Of a stretch of DNA of 64,000 nt, positions 52,834 through 64,000 are shown in pieces. The DNA is taken from NCBI GenBank assembly GCA_964188305.1, contig OZ076887.1; one strand, given 5' to 3'. Under the pieces are notes generated by a model that worked only from the letters and a program-made list of their open reading frames with translations, was not told where the DNA came from and made no database searches. The stretch's first letter is position 1; each line of letters begins with the position of its first letter. The translations under genes were made by a program, and so were the position numbers. Origin of the DNA: Podarcis bocagei (Eukaryota).

Positions 52834-55186
52834 TGTACCAATGTCTCTAAACTAGGGCTGAGCCCAGGTTTCATGTTAATCTTCATGCCAAAATCTGTAT
52901 TTTAACTAGATCAAATCTTTTCCCAAATATGCCTACAAATTACCCAGAATCGGAATATGTTTGTTCACCCCCACCCTGACAACCCAGAGAAATAGGACTG
53001 TTGAGAGGGAGCTTTGTAATGCTACTGTTTAGTTAATGGCAGTAGAAATCTTAGAGCTTGCTAAAGCTTCAGGGAGATGAAGGGATACAGCTCAGGGAAG
53101 CTCCTGAGCCTTGGGAACTGTGAAGTCTCTGAGCTACTCTAGAAGTTGTAAGTTTCATAAATGCTACTATTAATATCTGACATTGTATCATCTTGTGAAC
53201 ATCCACACTTAACAAAGGAGGTCATCTGCAATTCTTCTACAGTCTGGACATGTGCAATCATGGTTACAATGTGCAGAATTATGGGGAAGAAAAAGCACAT
53301 CCTGGTCTCTTGGAGCTATCATTCTTGGGTTAGAGAATCATTTAGAGATTATTGCTTAAGAGCAGAAAATGTTTCAATTGGCTGCTGAGAACTGAAAATT
53401 AAGAACATTATATCTCGCCTTTTAAAAAGAAATAAATTAAGGGTTGCATCCAATGTTATATTTCCCTAGCTGTCATTTGAAAATACTTATAAGGAATCCA
53501 CCATGAAATATCACACATCTCTTTCTGTTCTAGTAAAAAAATTATGGGGAGTGCATTTGACAAAGCTCCCAGGAGCACCTCCAAAGTTGCTTCCTCACTA
53601 GAATCTTGTAGCATTTCTGAGGTGTTGCACTCCTTGGGTAATTAGCGGAAAGTAGAATTTAAATGGAGCTTTTACAGAAGCTCTTTATACAGCATTATAA
53701 CCTATTTCCCCCCATGATGAAGAAGTTTCTATAAAGTATGTTCAACGAAAGTCCTGTTGACAGGTCCTAGCCACTTAGTGATAAAGAGCCACACTATTGT
53801 GTCTCATTCAGCATAGCTTACGTTTTGGAACATCACAACAAAGTGTGCCAAAAGCTGGCTTGGTCTGAATTCAGTGTGTGGAGATGGCACAGATTCATTT
53901 CTCGAAGCATTGGTTGATATGTAAATTTTATTTGTGTGTTTTTTGTGTAGCTGCCACAGGTTGGCACAGCACACATTTCCACTATATATATAAGATGTAC
54001 AGAGAGATAATATTTTCTTCAACATGGAATGTAAATCAGCTCATCACTTCTGGGCTGCCATACGACCGATACTCATGCTTCACACTTCTTTCTACAGAGC
54101 TGTTCTCCATGCAGGAAAAATAAATAATTGTGTCAAATGTTCCTGATATATCCCAATGATGGAGGGCGGATGGCATATAATAATGTGATGTGCAGGCCAG
54201 ATAATTCTTTTGAGTATACAGGCATAGAAACATGTGCGTCAGCCATCTCTGTTGGGTGAGTTCTGCAGGAGTTTGATTTAATTGCTTTGTAGGAAAGCTA
54301 AGCACACCCTTATTATTTTAGCTGAATATAATACTCTAGAATTTTGCTGTTCTTCCTGTCACTGAAAAGAAAATCCCATGAAATATAAAACCCCTGATTT
54401 ATGGCTTACAAGGTTTTATATGTAGCTCCTTGTATTACCTGTGACCTTTTTTTCTTTAAAATGTGCCTTCTCCACTTTTTTCCCTGTGTAGATCAAGAAG
54501 TGAGAAATAAAGTACAGTATAAGAAGCTGAAAATCAAAATATGCAATGCACATTGCTGATTCTTTTTTCGGGATGGGGGGAATTAGCACATCTGCAATAT
54601 AACGACCGTTTAAAGAAATCGAGCCCTTACCTTCTTTTTCCTTCAAAGGCGTCTCTTTTTTCTTGGCTAGGGAGATTTCCAAGGCATAATGATTAAACCT
54701 TAGTAGCCTTGAATATTTGCACACTTTAGTTTTAAAAGCACCTGAAGGACATGTCTGCTGTGTCACTCCGTCAGCAGTAGCAAGAGCGAATGTGACCAGC
54801 AGTGGCCTAGTTACTATATTTGCACCATTCTATGCTGCTCTATGGACTTCCATTGAGCCATATCTCAAAACCTTCTGGAATACACATATGCTCTTTTTCA
54901 GGCTTCTGAGAACAGAGTCAATCATCTGTGTCTTCACACAAGGAGGCAGATTGAAATTAACAAAGGTGCAGTGCTGCAGGCACTTTTGCCATTCCCTGCT
55001 GAGAACAGCAGCAACTATCTGGCAGTCTGCCTTGGTTCATCCCCCACCCCGCCCCCACCAACCTGATCTGGCTCACTTTAATACAGCTTGGTTGAGTGTC
55101 TTCTACAGCACAAACCATCTGCTAAGCTGCAAGCTGGGCTGCCACTAATCAGACCAACCTAGATCAAACTCCTAAGGACCTGGCGT

Positions 55187-55246
55187 GCCCAATCCTATGC
55201 AGAAGCAAATCCCACTGATTTCAATAGGACTTGCTCCCAATAAGTC
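55187..55246. mobile_element. Short palindromic MITE-like repeat copy
   Basis: CAATCCTATGCA start and AAGCAAATCCCACTGATTTCAATAGGACTTGCT core. Confidence 0.55.
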
Positions 55247-56641
55247 TCGAGTTACATCTGCAGCAACTGTGAATGAATAAAATAAACCGACAGTTTCAGC
55301 CAAATCCTTTGATAAGGCAAGTCTAATCAGTTTTCATGGAGCTCAGTGGATATGGCAGTTTTTATGAGCTAAAGATCTAGAAATGCTAGGCTCCGTTAAG
55401 TCAAATGGTGAACCTGTTCTTATTGCTCAATATCTAAGGGGGGGGAATCGTGTTTACCTGCTACTGTGGTTTCAGCTGATGGTTCTTCAAGGAAGGTATG
55501 CATGAGTATATGGAAATAATAATAAAAAATTAGAAAAATTGGAAGGAAATAAGCAGAAGATCTTGATAATTGGATACGATGACACTTTTGTTAACATATG
55601 CATGAGCTATTAATTTGACACTGGGCACATGACTTTCCTGGGTCCATGCATAAAAATATCACATTTTAAAGGTAAACCCTACAACCCTATGGGGTGTTGC
55701 TACCAAGCACATGTTTGGATTCAAGTCTATGTAATTTGGGAAATGCAAATCTTTAATAATGGGCCATCGCAATCCTTTTCAGACTCAAAACACTTAAGTC
55801 AGACGTTATTCTCCCATGATATAATGAGGCATTGTTTCTGCTTTGGTACATATTCTGGTTTCTCTGTGAACCTTCCATCTCTATTACCTTTGAGATCACT
55901 GGAAAGAAACAAAACCCAGCACTACCTTGTTCAAATACTTCTTCCAAAATAATCTTGGCATCAATAATGGCATTTCTATGATAATGAGATAATCACTGTT
56001 TCATTAGAAAAACATTGTCTCCTATTTTAGGCATCAAGTCACAACAGAAATTCTTTTAAAGCAATCAGCATGCATTAACAATTATTTTAATGCGAATAAA
56101 GCTTCTGATGTTGCAAAATTATCAACTCGTGCCACAGGCAATTAATTAAAGATAAATGGAAATAGGATGAATTAGTAATTATTTTTTAAAAAATACAGTG
56201 CTAATTAATTTCCTTGATTGCTATTATTATCTATGTGTAGATAATTTAGGGTTTCCTTTAAGTGCAAATATATTTGCATGATCTAGCACAAAGATTACAA
56301 AGAGGTTATAAATCCATTGTTAATTAACTTGATATATTTTGAAATCCTGCGCTACAACAGTCTGTTGTTATACCAAGAGATGTGAAATAGTCACTACATT
56401 GATAGATTTGGTTGTATAAATATTTCTGAAGTTTCACCCTTTCACTTCACAGTGAGATGCTCAGCAAATCTTTAGTTAGATTGAGCCAGTAAATAATGTT
56501 GGTTGTCATATCAGTAAACCAAAACTACATGAACACACTCTCTGTGTGTTTCCTAGGATAAGGCAGAACAAAGTACGCATTTTGTGGCAATGTATTCTAG
56601 ACACCAAATTCTGCTCATTAAAACAAACATTCATAAGGATC

Positions 56642-56657
56642 GCTGCCATCTGCTGGC
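56642..56657 (-). promoter_or_regulatory. Candidate CTCF binding site
   Basis: Minus strand GCCAGCAGATGGCAGC matches the CCASYAGRKGGCRS core; motif match only. Confidence 0.5.
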
Positions 56658-57049
56658 TCCATTGGGAATAGCACAGCAAGGATTTGCCAGAAAATTTTCA
56701 CCAGTCATTCTGTTTTCTTTTTCTTTCTTTTTTTGTTTTGCAGCAAAGTGCTATCTGACCACAGTAATTCTCTAATGGATACACACTGTTTCTAACCCAC
56801 TGGGCAGTCTGCATAAATCATAAAAAGGTATACCTACCAAGAACAGCAGCAGCAGCAGCTCATATTCTCTCTCACAATCTATCCAAAACCCCGCTTAATT
56901 ACATTTAGATTGCAGTGCGGCCAATTCTTCCTATTTTACTTAATATTGCTTTCCACAAAGCAGTGAATCATTATACATATTTCATGGACTTTCATCGATG
57001 GGAATTGAATCAGGATCATCAGGATAATCCTATGCTGTAGGCCGTGTTA

Positions 57050-57200
57050 TTGCATTTAAATCTCGCCCTTCCTCCAAGGAGATGGGAAATTTCTCATTTT
57101 ACCCTCACGCCAAATCTGTGAGGGAGGTTGGGCTGTGAAGTGGTCAGTGGCCCAAGGTTAGTGTTCTTCATGGGCAAGTGGGGCTTTAACACGAGATCTC
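57050..57200 (-). mobile_element. CORE-SINE fragment (MIR-like)
   Basis: TTTTACCCTCAC...CTGTGAGGGAGGTTGGGCTG...TGGCCCAAGGT...CTTCATGG...GTGGGG pattern. Confidence 0.6.
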
Positions 57201-57428
57201 TTTATTTTTAAAAAGGCATATGTATAAAACACCTCCTTATAAGTGCAAAAGTGCAAAATATTCTTCTGCATGCAAATTGCATTTACAACACATGCCTGCC
57301 TGCTCAGAAGCAGAACTCAGTGAGCCTTCCTTCTGAGCAGAAATGCATAGGATGTGCCATAAACTCGGGAGGTTGAATTCTGCATTCTCTTTACTGCTAG
57401 TAGCATTTGCTAAGTTAAGTTCTGCAAT

Positions 57429-57463
<35 letters not shown>

Positions 57464-57473
57464 TACTAATTCT

Positions 57474-57830
57474 GGGACGCGGGTGGTGCTGTGGGTTAAA
57501 CCACAGAACCTAGGACTTGCTGATCAGAAGGTCAGCGGTTCAAATCCCCGCGACAGGGTGACCTCCCGTTGCTCGGTCCCTGCTCCTGCCAACCTAGCAG
57601 TTCGAAAGCACGTCAAAGTGCAAGTAGATAAATAGGTACCCCTCTGGCAGGAAGGTAAACGGTGTTTCCGTGCACTGCTCTGGTTCGCCAGAAGTGGCTT
57701 AGTCATGCTGGCCACATGACCCGGAAGCTGTACGCCTGCTCCCTCGGCCAATAAAGCGAGATGAGCGCCGCAACCCCAGAGACTGTCATGACTGGACCTA
57801 ATGGTCAGGGGTCCCTTTACCTTTACCTTT
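57474..57830 (+). mobile_element. Full-length Sauria SINE
   Basis: GGGACGCGGGTGGTGCTGTGGGTTAAA head, GGTTCAAATCCC B box, CCTGCCAACCTAGCAGTTCGAAAGCA body and (ACCTTT)n tail. Flanked on both sides by (TAC)n. Confidence 0.92.
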
Positions 57831-58223
57831 TACTACTACAACTACTACTACTACCCCACCCTTTAAACTATGCTTCCAGGGTGGGTTACAACAACACAAT
57901 GTTAATATTAAAACACAATTTTAGTATTACACAATACTAAAGCCAATTTTAAACAACCCAATGTTACAGAAATAAGGTGGATCCTGAAAATATCAAGGTG
58001 TTCTTGCCAGAGAAATGAGGGTAGGGAGAGGCTTTTTTGCCAAGTTCCCTTTCCTCTCGCAGCTCCTAGTGTCACTCTCCACACTGTTCTGAATAGTAAC
58101 CCCAATATCTGGAACAGATTTCAGGGGGGGGGGCTGCAGGGGGAGGGATGTAATCAGTGAAATTGCTTTCCCCCCCCCATTTCACTTGTGGGGTCCCTCT
58201 GCTAGAGTCAGAATCTTCTGCAC

Positions 58224-58224
<1 letters not shown>

Positions 58225-58276
<52 letters not shown>

Positions 58277-58315
58277 TATTAAATTTGTAAACCACCCAAT
58301 ACCCGCAGGTCTCAG
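58225..58315 (-). repeat. (TTA)n microsatellite, probably the tail of a very short L2-type 3' end
   Basis: The repeat is followed by ATTTATTAAATTTGTAAACCACCC, resembling reverse-strand L2 termini. Confidence 0.7.
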
Positions 58316-60876
58316 CAGTAGCATAATTATCACGAATATTTCAGAGGAGTAAATAAAGAAAAACAGAGAATAGCTCTGTTACAATGCATGCAAAGTTAGT
58401 TTTCTATTGTTATAAATGTACTATGGCACATACTTTTAGTTTCTTTAGGCTTGGCTGGAAAGAAAAAGAAGAAAGAAGCATATGAGAACGGAATGAAGTG
58501 AGAGAGCTAATGCTGAGGTATAGGCCTTGGTTTGAACATACCGCACTGTGTATATTCTTGACATACATATTAGAATGTGGTGGTACCCTTTAGAAGCATA
58601 ATTTTAGTTTGATATTTTAATTATTTATTATTATTATTATTTAAATAATAATTAAAATATCAAACTAAACAGTTCCAATAGCAAAAGGACTTTTAGCTGG
58701 GCAACAGAACTTCGTCCTTCCTCACTTGCCACCACATCTGGTCCTCCCTCAAGCCTCCAGAACAGATTTGTTTTTTTGGGTGGTGGTGCTGGCAGCGAGC
58801 TTGTGATGAAAGGAGGTGGTTGGGAAGTTAAAACTTCTTGTGCTAGTGGAATTGTTTGGATGGATACCACACATTGTAATTATGATGGAAACAATCACTG
58901 AATATTTGCAGTTGCTCAGATACCTGTATAATTCACCTGATTTTTCTGTCCCACCTATACAACATTCCAGAGCATCTCTTGAACCCTCCAGAGCATCCTT
59001 TGTGTATGTTTGCAGGGGAAGCAGCCAGAAAAGGACCGCTGTGCAAGAAGAATTCTGCTCAGTATTCTCTGGATCTAACCAGATGCATCTGTTGTCACTC
59101 AGTGGTGTTGACCCATTCTGCTACAACTAACTAAAGGAGTTGAGAACCTGACCAGAGTAGGTCTATGACTAGCTGGGCTTCCTCTAGCAGCCATGTATAT
59201 CCTTTAAGCTCTAACACTTAAAGTGCCAATGAAGGTTTCTGATCATGTTAGAGCCCATAACAAAAAACGGCCCTACAAATGGACCCATTATCTTTCTGTC
59301 ACCCCACCCCAACACCCAACTCTAATGGAAAGGAATAGCACGGGGGGGGGGGGTGTGTGTGTGGCTATCAAAGCAGTCTGGATGTATTTTAGGTGGGAGC
59401 TTGTTTCTAATGAAATTGGAATGTGTCCTGTTTCAGGAGAATACTCTTAATATTTTGCATAGGTCAAATACAATTAGCTTTTTCGGTATCGTATACAGTA
59501 TACCACGTGTAAAGATACGAGTCAAATGTGTAAGAGGGAATGTTGAATTCATGGACCATACTTTCATATGTGGTGAGACTTTGTGAAGGTGTCCAAAAAT
59601 TGGTCTGAAGTATATTTCGGAATATTCAGAATTACTGGGTGGATGATACAGATCTTTTCAAATAATCTGACAATCTTTCCAGGGTGTTACTCAAAGATTT
59701 GACTGCCTTTGTGCTCATATCCGCTAGGCTTTGAAACACTGTTCCCTTGGAAGTCCACGATAAGCTGTTCTGAGAACTTCTTGTCTGACAACAGGTGATG
59801 TATATTGTATAGAACTGCTGGGAAACCTCCCCATCAGCACTGTCTTTCCAAAAGACTAATCAAGCCAAATGCTTTGTATTCAACATGACACCTCTCTACC
59901 TGGTGAAAATCTGCTAATCCTTTTTGGAAATACTTGTTTTGCTCACTCCTGTCTGACTTTCATCAGAAGAGTTTTTTCTTTTGATCTCCTAACCAATTTC
60001 TGTTGGGTTTAGTATTCTTCCCCTTGTTTCCCTCCCTTGTTTCATTGTTTAATTATGTATCAATCGTTTTAAAGATATATGGTAAAAAGAGTTTAAAAAG
60101 AGTTTGAATATAGAACAATCACCAAATAGTCTTAGGTAACTGGTAAACATTCTCTATGGAGGTCATTACTGATTTGATTAGAGATGGGAAAGCAGAACAA
60201 GCTGTTTGCTTGCTTGCTTGTTTTTCTGGCATACATTTATGTTGAACAGGAATAATGCCAGGTGCCCAAGGACATATTAGTCTGCTGGATTAGTCAGCTC
60301 TCCTTCCTGCTTTGCCAGGTGACTGTGCAACTATTACAATTTTCTTGTTTGTTTCTGTGTATCAAATTTGAAATGGATAGGAACTGAAAATAGAATATAC
60401 ATTAGGCGTGGGGGAGAATTTTGTTTGGTTTGCATTTTAAGCAAACCAATTTAATTCACACCTCCGAGACTAATGGAACACAATTATCCTTCATATTTCA
60501 CACTAGAAAGATTATGGGAATATTTCACTGTTGATCATTCCACCAGCACAAGCATATTTACCTGCCAGATGGAATAATCTACCCCTGTCCTCCCCCCATG
60601 CACTGTACTGTGAGTCCTCCCCCCCCCCCCTTGAACTGATGGTGACACACACTGTGTGTAGGGTAAGCAGTGGGGGAATAAGTCCCATTGCACTAGCAGC
60701 ACTCATTGTGCTGGCTCCCACTAAACAACTATTGAATATGTGCCGATGCATGTAAGGATAAAATGCATTTAGTGATGCATAATTTGGGATGAAATACATA
60801 TTTAAATAAAAATGTATGAACTTTCTTTTAAAGTAATAGATTAACAGGAGTTAGAAATGAGCAGGAATGAAACTGA

Positions 60877-61034
60877 GGTGGGATCTACACACATATAAAA
60901 AACACTGTGAAAATGCTTTAAAAAAGTTTTGAAAAATACATTGAATTTGGCATAGCTCACTGTCACCATCTAGTGTCACATTTGTATATTGCACTTTACA
61001 ACGCATTTAAAATGTTTTATTTGCAGCTGAGACC
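60877..61034 (-). mobile_element. PIF/Harbinger-like MITE, copy 2
   Basis: Reverse-complement homology to 37348-37516 over about 150 bp; TGA/TAA flanks. Confidence 0.7.
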
Positions 61035-62734
61035 TAACACAGACTGGAAATCCTTCCATGCTTATACATACCTGGTTTTACTTGAGGAACTTCTTTTTCA
61101 TGTTTAAGGCTTTCTTGTTCTACAAGACAGAAGCAGCATGAAATAAACAAGGAGCCAAACTGTCAAATAACCCCTGTCATATGTCATGAAGAGGGCGTCA
61201 CAGGATAACTGCAGGTCCCATCCCCAAATGAGCATGTATTGCTAGGCTCATGTATAGAACTTCCCTATGCAAACTGTCCATCCCAATGTGTTGATGTCTA
61301 GGGATGAGCCCAGCACCAGGCCAGACATGGCAATCTTAAGATTCATGCAAGAAGGGGGCTTCTTTCTATTCTACTTCCTCTGAAACTAGATAGGACCCAT
61401 TCAGGCACCAAAAAGACAATATTGTACTGTAGAAAAAGCCAAATACGAACATTAAGAAATGCTAAAATATTTTAAAATATAAAGTTATGTATCCCTACAC
61501 TACTCCTACCCAAAGCCAGTGGAATAACAGAGGAGGTTACATTACAGGAGGCGGGTGAGGGAAACACAGCATAACTTCTATAATCCAGATGTACATTCCA
61601 GAAACTGTTTACTAAAAGAAAAAAGGCAACTACTTCATACAAGAATTAGCGAAAGCTTATTTCTGTAAATGGAGCCCATCTTTCTATCTTAATGGGAGTA
61701 CAGACTTCAAATACTTCTGTTAATCACCTTAATAGGGTAAAATAAACTTGTTAATTTTCCTTTAAACTCCAAAGCCCCAAGAACTGTAATGCATAAACAG
61801 TGGAGCCCCAACCATGGTTATGATCTAGAGAACAAGGAATTGTATAATGGAAGCAACTGGGCTTCCCTTTGTGTGATAATTAAACTTCATAAGATAAGGG
61901 TCACATTACTCAAGGGAGATTTAAAGTGAATTGGTTCTGAGGAATCATAATGGATTGCCAATTAGGAATGGCATAGAAGTACTTTTTTATCAGAATGAAT
62001 CTAGTTAATAAGGACCAGTGGAAGATAGATAATGCTGCTTAAGTCCAAGCAACCATCAGCTGCTACTATAGAGAGAGCATGTTTATATGGCAAGGCCATA
62101 GTATCATACAAGAATGGTTTGAAAGCACAACATGTGTTAATAGCAAATAGATTTTTCCTACATATTTGCTTTCAAATACAGGTTTGCTTTCAAATTATCA
62201 CTCAAATGCATTTGCAATTCTAGTGTTTTCAATATTATATTTAAAAATGCAGCAATTCAGATTCTGTCATGGTAAGATTTTCAAACAGAAAGAGGAGGGG
62301 AGTTATTTGACCTGCCTTAAGAGAAGGATAAAAAATAGATCGATTTGTCAGCTCCAATTCATGACACAGTGGCAGAAAGACCCTTATAGCCCTGAGAGAA
62401 GAGGAACACCAGGGAGGTGGACAGTGTCATTTCATATTTAGGATTGAATTTTTGAAAAGTGTTGCATGGGTTTTCTGAAAGCACCAAAAAGCTCTTTGTC
62501 TATTATTGTGCTGTGGAAACCAGGAAATGTTATTGATAGGAGGCAAAATCTCTATTCCAGCACCAAGACAGCATAGTTCTGGGTCCTTTTCTGGAGCAGG
62601 CCAGAGGAAAAAGGGCTTTTTGTATCCTGCAGATTGCAGACCACTCTGCCCCAGGATGTCCCTATTTTTTATCATTTCATTTTATAAAGTATATAAAACA
62701 GATAGAGCAATCATAACAATGGATGAAAATTAAA

Positions 62735-62910
62735 AGTTGAGAAACAAAACTACAAAACAGGCACATAGAATGCACATGAGTTAAAATAACAAAGTCCAAG
62801 TAAAAACTAGTTGGTCTGCCATAGTTGAGAAACAAAACTACAAAACAGGCACATAGAATGCACATGAGTTAAAATAACAAAGTCCAAGTAAAAACTGTTG
62901 GTCTGCCATA
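62735..62910. repeat. Tandem duplication, 88-bp period, two copies
   Basis: 62735-62822 is repeated from 62823 with a single 1-nt deletion. Confidence 0.95.
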
Positions 62911-62995
62911 GTCAAAATAAAAAAAATTCCTTCCAGTAGCACCTTAAAGACCTTTAAGGTCTTTAAGGTGCTACTGGAAGGAATTTTTTTTATTT
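62897..62995. mobile_element. Penelope-like terminal sequence inserted as an inverted pair (81-bp palindrome at 62915-62995)
   Basis: Perfect 40-bp arms around T62955, homologous to 49239-49280. Flanked by CAAGTAAAAACT direct repeats. Confidence 0.75.
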
Positions 62996-64000
62996 CAAGT
63001 AAAAACTATCAGTGTTATCAGATCATCAGGTATGGCTCCAGATTTACCAGGCTTGTGATGAAGACTGTACTGAAAATGATGATTCTGCTGTACATGTCAA
63101 ATAACACATTCCTTAAAGCTGCTCTGGGGTGCCGGGGGAAAACCCAAGCAATTTTGTGGGGAGAGTACAGGCAATAAAATCCACTGGAATTTGAAAGAAG
63201 GCTTGGCATAAGAAAAAACTAACAACCTCTTGCTTTAATATTCAAAGGAAGGGGCTCACCTATATAAAAAAACATAAAGCAAGTGCCTTGTTTTAAGACA
63301 CATGACATTAGCACAAATAAACTTCAAAGACATACATTGACTTCTCTTTAAACAAAAACAAAAACTGAAAGTCAATGTGTTGGGGAGAAGGTGTTTTCTA
63401 TTTTCCCCAGATTCCTTTCTTTAATTCCTTACTGAGCTCCTTTTGTTCTCTAACACACTTGCCAGCTGATTGTAAGAACTGCATGCTGAAACTGTGCACT
63501 CAGCTCCATTGCACAGCTGCATAACTCCAACTGACAAGGCAGTTTGGATAGAGTCAAAAATATGAGGAAGCCACTGTTTTACATATTGCAGCTCTTGTCA
63601 CACGTCAGCTGAATTCTAGTACGTTCACCATCATCCTCAGTGGCTTTAGATTTACCTGGCAATTTTAATAGTGGATAGAAGAGACAGCACTAGCATATAA
63701 TATCAGGGGCGAAATTGAGGCAAAGCAGCAGCAGAGATTCAAAACTATTGCTTAGCGCATGAGGAATCTGCAAGGAGTAGCAGTATTTATTTTATTGATT
63801 TTATATCCTGCCCGCATCACAAGTAATCACAAGTCACAGTGATTATGTTGTTAGACCCAAAGCATGGTGCTAGGGGGAGAACAAGAGGACTAAGAAAACG
63901 GACTAAAAATGGCCACAACTGTATTGTTTATAGGTTGTGTATGACTTTGGCCAAGGATCCAGACACCGAACACCCTGACTGCTGACCAATGAGCCTGAAT

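Noticed and set aside
56744-56827. 84-bp plus-strand exon after a strong polypyrimidine/CAG acceptor
   Set aside because: Stops occur in all three frames and the donor (AAG|GTATAC) is weak; not supportable as coding.
62735-63008. CRISPR-like repeat-spacer array
   Set aside because: Eukaryotic context; only a two-unit duplication and target repeats, explained by a retroelement insertion.

Overview
Eukaryotic, repeat-rich, apparently intronic or intergenic DNA from a squamate reptile. A lacertid lizard such as Podarcis is inferred from the Sauria-type SINE, BovB, L2, CR1 and Penelope repertoire. No host protein-coding gene could be identified with confidence. The dominant feature is a full-length, very young 6.5 kb LINE-1 (16574-23105, +) with a 16-bp TSD, a 1.4 kb CpG-rich 5'UTR and an intact ORF1. 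Its ORF2 has no frameshifts but carries one in-frame TAA and has ATA instead of ATG at the expected start. The L1 sits inside an older CR1 fossil. Other elements include L2, RTE and CR1 fragments, Sauria, CORE and tRNA/CR1-tail SINEs, Tc1/mariner-, hAT- and Harbinger-type MITEs, and microsatellites. The most unusual items are three small insertions: a 93-bp TSD-flanked Penelope-type fragment that is essentially a minimal hammerhead ribozyme motif, a Penelope-type insertion forming an 81-bp palindrome with a duplicated target, and a TSD-flanked BovB 5'+3' bipartite mini-element. Several unique-sequence blocks look like conserved non-coding elements or cryptic minus-strand exons; these remain unverified. 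Family assignments come from motif recognition, not database searches.
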